The translations under genes and the position numbers were made by a program. This document shows positions 21,021 to 31,734 of a stretch of DNA of 64,000 bases, piece after piece. Source of the stretch: an uncultured Actinomycetes bacterium (GTDB lineage: Bacteria; Actinomycetota; Acidimicrobiia; Spongiisociales; DATADW01); NCBI GenBank assembly GCA_963824995.1, contig CAWGRK010000016.1, positions 1-64,000 on the forward strand, given 5' to 3'. Within the stretch, counting starts at the first letter, position 1; each line of letters opens with the position of its first letter. The notes beneath the pieces were generated by a model. The model saw nothing but the letters and a program-made list of their open reading frames with translations. It was not told the DNA's origin and searched no databases.

Positions 21021-22199
21021 ATGCGCGATGCGGTGATCGTCGATGCGGTCCGCACCCCGGTCGGCAAGAGAGGCGGGAAGCTCAAGGATTGGCACCCGGT
21101 CGACCTGGCGGCACACACCCTCAAGACCGTCGTGGAGAGGAACGACCTCGACCCGGCATTGATCGACGACGTGATCATGGGAACGGTCATGCAGACCGGC
21201 GAGCAGTCGGTCAATGTCGGCCGCAACGCCGCCCTTGCCGCCGGCTTCCCCGAAGAAGTGCCGGGGACCACCATCGACCGTCAGTGCGGCTCGTCGCAGC
21301 AGTCGGCCCACTTCGCCGCCCAGGGAGTGATGGCGGGCGCCTACGACGTCGTGATCGCCGCCGGCGTCGAGTCGATGACACGGATCCCGATGGGGATCAC
21401 CACCCAGCAGGGACCTGGTTTCCCCTTCGGACCGAAGATGCTCGAGCGCTACGACCATGGGCTCGTTCCTCAGGGCCTCTCAGCGGAGATGATCGCCGAG
21501 AAGTGGGGCACAAGCCGCACCGAGCTCGACCGGGTCAGCTTTGAGTCGCATATGCGGGCGGCCCAAGCCACCGAAGAGGGCCGGTTCGAAACCCAGATCG
21601 TCCCCACTCCGGTGACCCTCGAGAATGGGAACGAAGAGGTGATGACCCGCGACGAGGGGATCAGGGCCGACACCACCGAAGAGAAGCTGGCGACGCTCAA
21701 GCCGGTTTTCAAGATCGACGGGCTGATCACGGCGGGCAATTCATCACAGATCTCCGATGGTGCCGCCGCCGTCCTCATCATGGGCGAGGACACCGCCGAC
21801 GAGCTCGGCATGCAGCCGATGGCGCGCTTCGTCGGGTTCTCGCTGGCCGGGGTCGATCCGATCATGATGTTGACCGGGCCCATCCCGGCCACGACCAAGG
21901 TGCTCGAGAAGACCGGGTTGACCATCGACGAGATCGACCTGTTCGAGGTGAACGAGGCGTTCGCATCGGTGATCACCGCCTGGCGGCACGAGCACGGTGG
22001 CGGTGACCCCGACGCGCTTTGGGAGAGGACCAACGTCAACGGCGGCGCCATCTCGCTCGGTCACCCTCTGGGCGCCTCGGGGGCAAAGCTGCTCACTTCG
22101 CTGGTGCACGAGCTGCAACGCAGCGGGAAGCGCTACGGGTTGCAGACGATGTGCGAAGGGGGCGGGATGGCGAATGGGTTGATCATCGAGCGGATCTGA
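21021..22199 (+). CDS. Acetyl-CoA C-acyltransferase (thiolase)
   Basis: RQCGSS, NEAFA, GHPLGASG, CEGGG; GAGGAG RBS. Confidence 0.96.
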   Translation: MRDAVIVDAVRTPVGKRGGKLKDWHPVDLAAHTLKTVVERNDLDPALIDDVIMGTVMQTGEQSVNVGRNAALAAGFPEEVPGTTIDRQCGSSQQSAHFAAQGVMAGAYDVVIAAGVESMTRIPMGITTQQGPGFPFGPKMLERYDHGLVPQGLSAEMIAEKWGTSRTELDRVSFESHMRAAQATEEGRFETQIVPTPVTLENGNEEVMTRDEGIRADTTEEKLATLKPVFKIDGLITAGNSSQISDGAAAVLIMGEDTADELGMQPMARFVGFSLAGVDPIMMLTGPIPATTKVLEKTGLTIDEIDLFEVNEAFASVITAWRHEHGGGDPDALWERTNVNGGAISLGHPLGASGAKLLTSLVHELQRSGKRYGLQTMCEGGGMANGLIIERI

Positions 22200-22335
22200 G
22201 GCGCTCTCTCCTGTCCGTTGACACGACGAGTGCTGACAATCGTCTGCTCACTCGGACTCTCCGGTAACTCTCATTTCGACGGCGCGCTCGCCCATCTCGG
22301 TTCCTCGCGGGATCGGCTCGCTTGAGTCCGGCCAG

Positions 22336-22365
22336 CAGAAAGCCCCGGCAGTCCGGGGCTTTCTG
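22336..22365. terminator. Bidirectional intrinsic terminator
   Basis: CAGAAAGCCCCGG-CAGT-CCGGGGCTTTCTG, a 13-bp perfect stem between convergent genes. Confidence 0.85.
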
Positions 22366-22386
22366 TCTAGCGGCTACTGATACGAA

Positions 22387-24039
22387 TCACGGATCGATGA
22401 CGATCGTACAGACCAGCGTCTGTCGGAGCCAGGTCGGTGAGGGCCAGGCTCCCGTCGCCGGTCACTGGATCGGTCTCGGCATCGGCCGACCACGCAGTCG
22501 ATGGTGGAAGCGGTCCCACCCTCGATCTGGCTGTCCACCGTCACCGTGACGTTGGTCAGCGGCGTGTTGCTGAAGCTCACCGTCTCCCCGCCGTAGGGGT
22601 CGTCGTCGCAGGTGGCCGCGTTGTCCACCGTGACCGACTTGGTGGTGTCGCCGTCAGCGACGTAGCCCGCAGGCACCGTCTCCACCACGTCGTAGTCACC
22701 GAAGAGCAGCCCGTCGACGCAGGCCTGGCCGTTGACGTCGGTGGTCACCGGCGTACCGGCGATGGTGAAGTCGACACCCGCATGGGGCCGGACACCATTC
22801 ACGGCGCGGCGTGCTTCTCGGTCTTGGTGAGCAGGATCGCACCACGCTGACGCGGGTCGACGAAGGTCACCGTCGACCGTCTCGTCGGCCACCACCGTCA
22901 CGTGCTGGAACGCCGGGTTGGGCAGGTCGTGGCCCGTTGGGGCGACCGTCTCCACCACCCAGTACTCGCCCTGGCTGATGGCGGTGAAGTCGCAGACACC
23001 GGCACCGTGATGCAGTCGTCAACGAAGGTGTCCTCGGCTCCAGGCGAACCACCGACCGGGGCGTTGTCGGCCAGCAGGTCGAACTCCGCTCCGTCGAGCA
23101 GGGCGGGCGGAGTGGCGTCGTCGTGCTTGATGACGTGGATCGAGCCGCAGAGGCTGAAGTTGGTCGCCAGCGGGGCGATGAAGTCCTTCAGCGCCGCCGT
23201 GAACGAGTCGGACGACCGGCTCTTCAGGTAGGCGCGAGCCGAAGCCAACACACTCGTCTTCACCGGCCAGGGCATCGAAGTCGATCTGCGCCTCACCGAA
23301 GGTGCGGGGCGAGATCGCTCCGAGCCCGTCGACTCGGCAGCGGGATCGCCGTGGTGTTGATCGAGCCGGTGGCCAGGCCGGCCGCGGTCAGGTTCACCCT
23401 CGTGCCCCAACACGGGGTCGAGTTGTTCGCCTGACACTGGCTGCCTGGTCCCGAGGTCACCCACCGGGAGAGGAACAGCTGCGGGTTGGTACCGCCCTGC
23501 GCCAGGTCGTACTGGATGAGCACGTCGCCCGCGGTGCGAACCGGGGTCACGCCGTTGGCCGAGAGCACCGACGACTGGTTGAACTCGAAGTCCATGTTGG
23601 TCGTGCCGTTCGGCTCCTGGACTCGATGCCAGTAGATGTTGAGGAACCGATCACCTGTAGGTGTCGTCTCCAGATACCCACCGAAGGTGAGCAGGTCGCT
23701 CTTGTTGGGCGGGATGCTGCCGTCGACCACCGTGGGTACCGCGGTGTCCTCCTTGGTGCCCTGGCCGAACGAGTCGTCACCCGAGCCGGTGGGCAGGTCC
23801 GCCTTGCGGCGTTCCTGATCTTGTCCAGTGCCTTGCGGGATGCTGGCCCAGTCCTCTGACGGTGCCGGGTCGTCGAGTTTGAGGTTGGCGTCGGTGTCGA
23901 TCTCGAAGTCACTGCCGGGCAGCGAGACCTCGGGGTGTGATGCGAGTGCTGTAAAGGTCGGCACGACCACCAGCACCATGGTGATCGCCAGAAGCAAGGG
24001 AAGCTTCCTGCGAAGGTTGTTTGGTTTCAAAGAACTCAC
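22387..24039 (-). CDS. Secreted protein with SpaA/prealbumin-like (CnaB-type) repeats, several frameshifts
   Basis: Signal peptide (RRKLPLLLAITMVLVVVPTFTALA); 'G.Y.VVETVAPTGH' and 'GDYDVVETVPAGY' repeats, KSRSSDSFTAALKDFIAP, ends CTIVIDP. Confidence 0.7.
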
Positions 24040-24883
24040 CCCTTCTACAAACCGATTAGCGCATATGCGCGTGACTCAAAGATGCTCTCTGAAAGAATCA
24101 CCTCCCCTCAATGAGCCACTCCGAACATGCACAGAACGCATCCCTAGGCGTTGACCTCGGCCCATCACGCCCTGCACTCCCGCCGCAATGCGGGGTCGCC
24201 ATTTTCCGACGCATGGGACTGCCGAGTGACCCCCCCGGGTACTGCGTCTCCCAAGCGGCAGCATGCGCCGTCCCCGGTCACAATACAATGGTAAAGATTT
24301 CGCGATCTCAGCCGCGCCCGCAGCACCGGTGTCGGTTCGCCCCCGCGTCACGGGCCGCTGACGATCGCGATGAAGGCGACGTGTTCTTGGCCAACTCGGG
24401 GACGAACATTGCACGATATATCTCGCAAGGCCGGCGCCACCTAGCGGTCCCTTCGTCTTGACACGCCACACGCCATTCGTCCATCACCGCGAGCTCGTTT
24501 TGGGTGTGAAAGTCATGGTGATTTCCTCGCCCTTATGGAATCGCCTGACCTGTCGGGCGTACACTCGATCCTCCGAACGAAGTTGGAGCGAACAAACGCT
24601 CCAACCCTCCTGCGGGCTCGGCGCGCTCCGAGCCGGGAGGGACCAGATGGCGAGGCAACGATCATCATCCCGGATGAGCTCCACGAGGCATCGAGCGGTG
24701 GCGGGACCGACTCGCTCCCGGGAATGCGAGAAGGCGCTGAGGAAGGAAATATGCTGGATCGTCCGAAAGCTGACCCCTGAGAACCATCAACCCGACGACT
24801 CCAATCCGCCGTTCGGATAGAACCACTTGGCACGGATCGCTCGATGGTCTTCATCAACGCTCCGCCAGCCGCGGCGGGAAGTC

Positions 24884-25129
24884 GTGACCTTCATCGATGT
24901 CCTGATCGCGTTGGCGATCGGGGCAGCCATCTGGTTCTTGGGCAGGTGGTTCATTCGGATGCTGGCGACACCGCCTCCCGAGGTGGACCCCGACGACGTG
25001 GTCCCGGTGAGGCAGGACTACCGCTGCTCGGTCTGCGGGACCGAGGTGACCATGACCGTTTCCAACCAGGGGGAGTTCAGCCCGCCGAAGCACTGCCGCG
25101 AGGAGATGGACCCGGTTTGGCGTCCTTGA
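24884..25129 (+). CDS. Small membrane protein with a zinc-ribbon-like C-terminus
   Basis: N-terminal TM helix then YRCSVCGTEV...PKHCREEM; TTGA overlap with the next gene. Confidence 0.8.
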   Translation: MTFIDVLIALAIGAAIWFLGRWFIRMLATPPPEVDPDDVVPVRQDYRCSVCGTEVTMTVSNQGEFSPPKHCREEMDPVWRP

Positions 25130-25761
25130 GCCGCCCTATCAAGGGCGTCGTGCTCGACGTGGGTGAAACCCTGGTCGACGAGACCGAGTATTGGGGCCGG
25201 TTCGCCGACCGACTCGGGGTGTCGCGGCTCACCTTTTTCGCCACCCTTGGTTGGCTCATCAAGTCGGGCGCCCCCCACCAAGACGTGTTCGACCTGCTGG
25301 CACCGCAAACCGACTGGCGGTCCCTGGTCACGGATGGAGAGGCTCCGTTCGGTGCGTCGGATCTCTACTCCGATGCCCTCCCGACCATCGAGCGGCTCCG
25401 CAGGGCAGGGTTGTTGGTGGTAGTGGCGGGGAACCAGCCAGAGTCGGGAGAGCGGGCGCTCGCTGATAGCGGCATCAGGGCCGATCTGGTGATCAGCTCG
25501 ACTCGCCTCGGTGCTGCCAAGCCCGACCCGCGGTTCTTCTCCGAACTGGCGGTGGCGGCCAACTTGGATCCGTCCTACATGGTGTCGGTGGGTGATCGGG
25601 TGGACAACGACGTCCTCCCTGCGGTCGAGGCCGGTATGGCGGCCATCCACGTGAGACGCGGCCCCTGGGGCGTTGCCCACACCGACCACCCGGGCGCCAC
25701 AATGGCCTCCGCCACCGTCGCCTCGCTCACGGAGGTCGCCGACCTTCTTGCACCCGTGTAA
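25126..25761 (+). CDS. HAD-superfamily hydrolase
   Basis: VLDVGETL, GNQP, KPDPRFF, VGDRVDNDV. Confidence 0.9.
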   Translation: MSRPIKGVVLDVGETLVDETEYWGRFADRLGVSRLTFFATLGWLIKSGAPHQDVFDLLAPQTDWRSLVTDGEAPFGASDLYSDALPTIERLRRAGLLVVVAGNQPESGERALADSGIRADLVISSTRLGAAKPDPRFFSELAVAANLDPSYMVSVGDRVDNDVLPAVEAGMAAIHVRRGPWGVAHTDHPGATMASATVASLTEVADLLAPV

Positions 25762-25774
25762 TCACACAATTGTA

Positions 25775-25807
25775 GTTATCCAAGGTTGTGGATAACCCTG
25801 TGGACGA
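25775..25807. promoter_or_regulatory. DnaA-box cluster
   Basis: Perfect TGTGGATAA (25787-25795) flanked by 7/9 boxes TTATCCAAG (25776-25784) and TGTGGACGA (25799-25807); GTTATCCA...TGGATAAC inverted. Confidence 0.7.
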
Positions 25808-25891
25808 GTGGGGTGAGTGGAGTGGGTGGCCGTTGAGGGGAGTTCTCACGCCGCTGGTCGAGCGGAGCCCCCGTAACGCGACTTCCGGGGT

Positions 25892-25931
25892 CCGTCTGCC
25901 GTCTGCCGTCCGCCGTCCGCCGTCCGCCGTC
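25892..25931. repeat. Heptamer tandem repeat (CCGTCYG)n, about 5.7 copies
   Basis: CCGTCTG CCGTCTG CCGTCCG CCGTCCG CCGTCCG CCGTC abutting the crgA stop. Confidence 0.9.
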
Positions 25932-26173
25932 TATCTGTAATTCGTCGTCATCAAGAAGCCGGCGGCTAGGACGACGAGACCGCCGATGAGGACGAGATAG
26001 TCGAGTTGGAAGACGTACCGGGCCACGACGGCGAGGACGCCGATGCCCATCAACCCGAACATGGTCACGACGTACCAGGTGGGGGACGGGGGCTTCTTCT
26101 TGACCGATGGCGTCGCTCGGAAGGGCTGCTGGGGACGCGCCCCCTTCTTCTTGCGTGTCTTCGACTCGGGCAT
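25931..26173 (-). CDS. crgA: Cell division protein CrgA
   Basis: MPESKTRKK..PSPTWY..MFGLMGIG..GFLMTTNYR, two TM helices, divergent from trpG next to pknB. Confidence 0.88.
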   Translation of the reverse strand: MPESKTRKKKGARPQQPFRATPSVKKKPPSPTWYVVTMFGLMGIGVLAVVARYVFQLDYLVLIGGLVVLAAGFLMTTNYR

Positions 26174-26209
26174 GGGTGAGAGGGTAGCCGCGGGCGTTAG
26201 CGTGCTCTC

Positions 26210-26774
26210 GTGAGCAGGGTGCTGGTGATCGACAACTACGACTCGTTCACCTTCAATCTCGTCCAGTACCTCGGCGAGCTGGGCGCCGATCCCGTGGTCC
26301 ATCGCAACGACGAGATCACGCCCGAAGACGCACTGGAGATCGAGCCGGACCGGCTGGTGATCTCGCCCGGGCCCGGGCCGGCCCGAGGACGCCGGGAACT
26401 CGATCGAGGTACTGCTCCGGTTGGCCCCCAACGTCCCCACGCTCGGTGTGTGCCTCGGTCACCAGGTGTGGTTGCCGCTTACGGCGGCAAGATCGACCTC
26501 GCTCCCGAGCCGCGCCACGGAAAGACATCGAGGGTCCGTCACGACGGCCGAGGGGTGTTCGCCGGGCTGGCGAACCCGTTCACCGCCACCCGGTACCACT
26601 CGCTCGCCGCGGTGTCGCTGCCCGAGGAGCTCGAGCCGTGCGCATGGAGCGAAGACGGTGTCATCCAGGGTGTGCGGCACCGCGAGCTGCCGGTCACCGG
26701 GGTCCAGTTCCACCCCGAGAGCGTGCTCACCACTGAGGGCAAAGAAGCTGCTGGCGACGTTCCTCGACGCTTGA
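26210..26774 (+). CDS. trpG: Anthranilate/aminodeoxychorismate synthase component II (frameshifted)
   Basis: IDNYDSFTFNL, ISPGPG, LGVCLGHQ, TRYHSL, GVQFHPES across two frames. Confidence 0.9.
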
Positions 26775-26795
26775 CCCGGGCGGGCTGGCTCATGG

Positions 26796-28728
26796 CTATG
26801 GCGCCACCGTCGTCGAGGGGATGGGTGGGTGGCACCGTCGTCGGAGGCACGGTTGTTGGTGGTGGCCCTTCCCCGAGTATCACGGTCACGACCGATCCCG
26901 GTTCGACCGCGTCGCCGGCTGAGGGTGTCTGATCTACCACCCGCCCGTCGAGGGCGGGGTCGTCCACCGGCCGGGTGCCCGCTTCGGCATACCTCAAGTT
27001 CCTGTCGGCGAGCAACGCCTGAGCCTCTCCACGGTTGAGCCCGGAGAGGTCAGGCACCTCGACCGGTTCGGGACCGGAGGAGATGAAAACGGTCACGGTG
27101 TCGCCTGCCCGGACGGTGGATCCGGCGGGCGGTTCGGTTCGGATCACCTGACCCTCGGTGACGTCGTCGTTGGCTTCGCGACGTATGTCAGGGATGAGCC
27201 CGAGTGACCCCAGTTCGGCACGAACCTGGTCCTCGGTGAAGCCGCGGTAGTCGTCGAGCGTCGAGCTCTGTCGTCCGCTCGACACCACGACATCGACCGT
27301 GGTCCCCTCGGGGGCATCGGTCCCCGGTGGCGGGTCTTGGGCGATGATCAGACCCTCGGCGAAGCTGTCGCTCGGCTGCTCGGTCACGTTCCCCAACTCG
27401 AGCTCTTGGGCCTCGAGGAGCTGTCGGGCATCGTCGAGCGTCAGCCCGACGAGCGGTGGTACCCCGAATACCTCCTGACCCTGGGACACGACGAGGGTGA
27501 CCTCCGACCCTTCCTCGATCTCGTTGCCCCCTGGCGGTTCGGTGCGTATTGCGATACCCGACTCGAACTCGTCGCTGAACTCACGCTCGATGCTGGCGAT
27601 CCTGAAACCCTCGCCCTGCAGTTCGGACAGCGCTTCCTGCTCGGGCAACCCTTCCACCAGGGGCACGGCGACGAGCACCGCTTCCGGCTCCGCCTGAAGC
27701 TGGCGGAAAAGGAGGAACAGGCCCAACCCGAGAAGGAGCAGCAGTCCGAAGGCGGTGAGTATGAAAGGAAGCTGACCGCCGCGGGGCTCCGAGGCGGCGC
27801 GATAAGCCTCGTCGGGAGGGACAGTGGGCGGGGGGACCTCCTGGCGGCCATACATCTGGGTCGCTTGGTCGGTACCCACCGCAGCCGCCGCCAGCGGAGT
27901 CTCGCCGCGCATGAAACCGAGCAGGTCCCGCCTCATGTCATCGGCCGACTGGTACCTGTTGTCCGGATCCTTCGCCATGGCGTGCAGGGCGATGGCGTCG
28001 AGCGAACTGGGCACGTCGACGTTTTCCGTAGATGGTGCTGCCGGATCGGAGGAGACGTGCTGGTAGGCGACTGCCAGTGGGCTCTCGCCCTGGAAGGGGG
28101 GCCTCCCGGCGAGCATCTCGTAGAGCACCACCCCCAATGAGTACACGTCGGAGCGGGCATCGACAGGGACGCCTTGAGCCTGCTCCGGGCTGAAATAGCT
28201 GGCGGTCCCGATAACGGCCCCGGTTCGGGTTAGCTCCTGGGAGTCGTCCCATGCCCTCGCGATGCCGAAGTCGGCCACTTTCACCGTGCCGTCGCGAGCC
28301 AGGAGGATGTTTCCCGGCTTGACGTCTCGGTGGACCAACCCGGCGCGGTGCGCCACGGCCAGGGCGGATGATGCCTCGGCGGCGATCTCGGCGGACCGTC
28401 TGGGGAGGAGTGGTGCGTCGCTGCGCAGCACGTCGCGCAGCGATCGCCCGTCCACCAGTTCCATGACGATGAAGTAGGTGGAGCCGTCCTCCCCCCAGTC
28501 GTATATGGAGACGATGTTGGGATGGCTCAGATTCGCCGCCGCCTGGGCCTCGCGGCGGAAGCGGCGGACGAAAGCGTCATCGGCGCTGTATTGGGGGTGG
28601 AGAACCTTGATCGCCACGCGCCTACCGAGGAGACGGTCGCGCGCCCCGAAGACGTCAGCCATTCCGCCGCGTGCGATGAGACCTTCGATCTCATACCGAC
28701 CGGCGAGCACCTGTGATTGGTCCATCAA
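26796..28728 (-). CDS. pknB: Stk1/PknB PASTA-domain Ser/Thr kinase
   Basis: ARGGMADV, VAIK, HRDVKPGN, DFGIA, SYFSPEQ, TM helix, four PASTA repeats; true stop probably 26796 after a 1-nt shift in the PT-rich tail. Confidence 0.95.
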
Positions 28729-28789
28729 GGATCCGACCTGGGAAGCCGAGCGATTCTAGGGATGGCCCCCCTATGGGTCGTGGACCCGC

Positions 28790-30244
28790 TCAAGTTCCAC
28801 GTTCCAACCAGGCGGCGAGGACGCGCTGAGCTATCGGGGCTGCGACCGTTCCCCCGCTACCGCTCTGTCCGGCGTCGCCGCCGTCCTCCACCACAACCGC
28901 TATGGCGATCGTCGGGTTCTCGACAGGTGCGAACCCGATGAACCACACGTCGGGCGCACCCCCGTCCGGGGCCTCATCGGTGCCGGTCTTTCCCGCCACC
29001 CGGAACCCGGGGACGGTGGCGGCGGTACCGGTCCCGGAGGCGACCACCTGCTCCATCAGATCGGAGAGGATGGCGGCACTCGCCGGGGAGAGCGCCCTCA
29101 TCCACACCGCGGGCTCGACCTGCTCGCGGACCGCGCCATCGGCATCCACCACCCGGGTGACCAGATGCGGCTCCATGATCTGACCCTGGTTGGCGATGGC
29201 GGATGCCACGACGGCCATCTGCAGGGCAACCGCCTGCACATCGCGTTGGCCGATAGCGCTCTGGGCCAGTGCTGCCAGGTCCTCCCCCGGGTTGGGGAAA
29301 CTCGATGCGAGCGGCTCCCAGTCGAATGGGATGTCCTGGTTGAAGCCGAAAGCATCTGCCTGGGCGGTCACCGTGTCGCTGCCCATGTCCATCGCCATCT
29401 GTGCGAACGTGGTGTTGCACGACTTGCGGAACCCCTCCCGCATGGTGACCGAGACGCCGTCATTGCACACCCCGCCGTCGGCATTGGAGATGGTTGCCGT
29501 GCTACCCGGCAGGTCCAACTCGACCGGGTCGGGAAAGCTGTCCTCCGGCCCGGCGAACCCGCTGTCGAGCGATGCGGCGGTGACCACCGGCTTGAAGCTC
29601 GATCCGGGTGCATACGACTCACCGGTGGCTCGATCGAGCAGCGGGTTCGAGGGATCTGCCAGCAACTCCTCCCTGGCGGCGACCGCTCCCGCGCCGACGA
29701 AGAGGTTGGGGTCGAAGGACGGAGTCGAGACCAGGGTGAGTACCTCGCCGGTTTGCGGCTGTATCGCCAGAACGGCACCGCGCTGGTCGCCAAGGCCATC
29801 GAAGGCGACCCGCTGCAGTTCGGGGTCGATGGCTATCTGGACGTTGCTCGGCCGCAGATCTCTGCCCAGAAGCGCATCGATCAGATCGGAGAGGGTTATG
29901 TCGCGTCGGGATCGAAGGTCGTCCGCCCGAACCTGCTCGATGCCGTCGGCACCGAAGGCGAGCGAGGTGTAACCGACGGCATGGGCGAACGGCTCTCCCT
30001 CGGGGTACGTCCGTCGGAATCGCTGCGGGTCGTCGGGGTCGGCCACGGATTCGGCGAGGACGGTGCCGTCGGCGGCGACGATCAGCCCACGCTCCTTGCC
30101 GGCCTCGCTGAGCGCAGTCCTGGCGTTGCGGGGGTCGTCCCGATACGTCTCGGCGGCGATGGCCTGCACCCACGTCACCGTGAGCAGCAGCGCGCTGAAC
30201 CCGGCGAGCATCACCAGTGCCACGCGTCGGGTAGGTCCGTTCAT
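28790..30244 (-). CDS. pbpA: Class B penicillin-binding protein PbpA
   Basis: N-terminal TM, PGSSFK (SxxK), SCN, GKTGT; ATGA overlap with rodA. Confidence 0.93.
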   Translation of the reverse strand: MNGPTRRVALVMLAGFSALLLTVTWVQAIAAETYRDDPRNARTALSEAGKERGLIVAADGTVLAESVADPDDPQRFRRTYPEGEPFAHAVGYTSLAFGADGIEQVRADDLRSRRDITLSDLIDALLGRDLRPSNVQIAIDPELQRVAFDGLGDQRGAVLAIQPQTGEVLTLVSTPSFDPNLFVGAGAVAAREELLADPSNPLLDRATGESYAPGSSFKPVVTAASLDSGFAGPEDSFPDPVELDLPGSTATISNADGGVCNDGVSVTMREGFRKSCNTTFAQMAMDMGSDTVTAQADAFGFNQDIPFDWEPLASSFPNPGEDLAALAQSAIGQRDVQAVALQMAVVASAIANQGQIMEPHLVTRVVDADGAVREQVEPAVWMRALSPASAAILSDLMEQVVASGTGTAATVPGFRVAGKTGTDEAPDGGAPDVWFIGFAPVENPTIAIAVVVEDGGDAGQSGSGGTVAAPIAQRVLAAWLERGT

Positions 30245-31539
30245 CCCAGCCGTTCCTCGTGCGACACCCGCGCCAAAAGCGTGACCAGCAAGAGGCTGGA
30301 GACCAGGGAAGAGCCGCCGTACGAGACGAAGGGGAGCGCCAATCCGGTCAGCGGAAGCAGCCGGACAACGCCCCCGATGATGAGAAAGGTCTGCAGGCCC
30401 AGCGTTACCGCCAGTCCGGCAGCGAGCAGTTTGCGAAATGGGTCGCGACTCCGCAACGAGATCCCGAACCCGATCCCGACGAGGAGGGCGAATGCGGAGA
30501 GCGTGGCGGCGGTTCCCGCCAACCCCAACTCCTCTCCGATGGCGGCGAAGACGAAATCGGTGGATGCATTGGGTATCAGGTCGGGGCGACCCAACCCAAG
30601 TCCCGCCCCCGACAGGCTCCCCGAGGCCATGGCGAAGAGGCTCTGGGCGATCTGGTAGCCGCTGTCGGCATAGTCGGCGAACGGGTCGAGCCAGGCGGTG
30701 ACCCGCCTCTGGACGTGGTCGAAGGCGGCCCAGGCGGCCACGGCGCCGCCAAGCGCCAGACCGACACCGCCGAGGACGTACATAGCTCGACCTGTCGCCA
30801 CATAGAGCATGGCGACGAAGACCCCGAAGAGCAACAGCGATGCTCCCAGGTCCCTCTGGTAGACGAGGACGACGAAGCTCGCCGCCCAAGCCGCCAGCAC
30901 CGGGACGAGTTGACGGGGCTCGGGTAGGGCGAGCGGTCCCAGACGGCGACTCCCCTCGGAAAGAGCAGGTCCTCGCTCGGCGAGAAAGCTGGCGAGGAAG
31001 ACGACGAGGAGGAGCTTGGCGATTTCGCCAGGTTGGAACTGGAGGGTCAGTGGGCCGAGCACCAGCCGGACCCAGAGCCGTGACCCGTTCTGCTCGAAGC
31101 CTTGGAGGGGCAGCGGGCCGTTGCTGGGGAGCAGAGGAAGCAGCAGGAGGATCAGCGCCGCCATGAGAAATATGTACCGGTAGCGGCGGAGCAGAGCGAG
31201 ACCGCTCCTTCTCACCCACAGGAGCAGGCCGATGGAGAGCCCGGAGGCGATCAACAACCACCATCGCTGCAGCCCCGCCCGAGCCGGGTCGAGCCGGTAG
31301 ACCACGGTGAGCCCAATGGCGCTGAGCAGGGCGGCCAACGGGAGCAACAACGTGTTGGCGTTCGGCGCCGTCTGCCGTATTGCCAGGTGGAGCCCGCCAA
31401 AGGCGATGAGGAACATGAGAAAGGTGAGCCCCGCCCTGGCGTCGAACCCGGTCCCAGCCGCCAACCCGACCAGCACCACGCCGAGCGTCGCAAGCCCCGC
31501 GGCGGCAACGATCAACCCAGCTTCAGCAGTGCGGGGCAT
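30241..31539 (-). CDS. rodA: SEDS family protein RodA/FtsW
   Basis: FQPGEIAK, QRDLG, TDFVFAAIGEELG, PLTGLALPFVSYGGSS. Confidence 0.94.
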   Translation of the reverse strand: MPRTAEAGLIVAAAGLATLGVVLVGLAAGTGFDARAGLTFLMFLIAFGGLHLAIRQTAPNANTLLLPLAALLSAIGLTVVYRLDPARAGLQRWWLLIASGLSIGLLLWVRRSGLALLRRYRYIFLMAALILLLLPLLPSNGPLPLQGFEQNGSRLWVRLVLGPLTLQFQPGEIAKLLLVVFLASFLAERGPALSEGSRRLGPLALPEPRQLVPVLAAWAASFVVLVYQRDLGASLLLFGVFVAMLYVATGRAMYVLGGVGLALGGAVAAWAAFDHVQRRVTAWLDPFADYADSGYQIAQSLFAMASGSLSGAGLGLGRPDLIPNASTDFVFAAIGEELGLAGTAATLSAFALLVGIGFGISLRSRDPFRKLLAAGLAVTLGLQTFLIIGGVVRLLPLTGLALPFVSYGGSSLVSSLLLVTLLARVSHEERLG

Positions 31540-31543
31540 GAGA

Positions 31544-31730
31544 CTCGTTCGCTTCGCTCACTCGAGACGAAAGACGGCAGACGGAAGACGGCAGCCAATC
31601 CAAATCCGTCCTCCAGCACGGGGTAGAGGATCCGCTGCGACCTTCCAATCCGTCCCCCCGCAGGGGGGAAGGGACCCGCTGAGGAGCAGCGGGTAGGGGA
31701 GCCGCCGAACCCCCAACGAAGATCGCTGTG
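31544..31730. repeat. Palindromic/REP-like intergenic segment with heptamer repeats between pstP and rodA
   Basis: (GACGGMA)n at 31566-31594; CCCCCCGCAGGGGGG hairpin; ACCCGCTG-AGGAG-CAGCGGGT hairpin at 31674-31694. Confidence 0.55.
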
Positions 31731-31734
31731 GGCT

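Noticed and set aside
22210..22240. CIRCE element (GAGTGCTGA half-site)
   Set aside because: No matching left half at 9-nt spacing and no chaperone gene nearby
24040..24330. Known riboswitch (c-di-GMP, c-di-AMP) upstream of the SpaA-like gene
   Set aside because: Hairpins exist but I could not find the conserved aptamer motifs
24484..24857. Short ORFs or IS remnant
   Set aside because: No transposase motifs, terminal repeats or convincing codon bias
25775..25807. oriC itself
   Set aside because: Only about three boxes, no extended AT-rich unwinding element and no dnaA/dnaN
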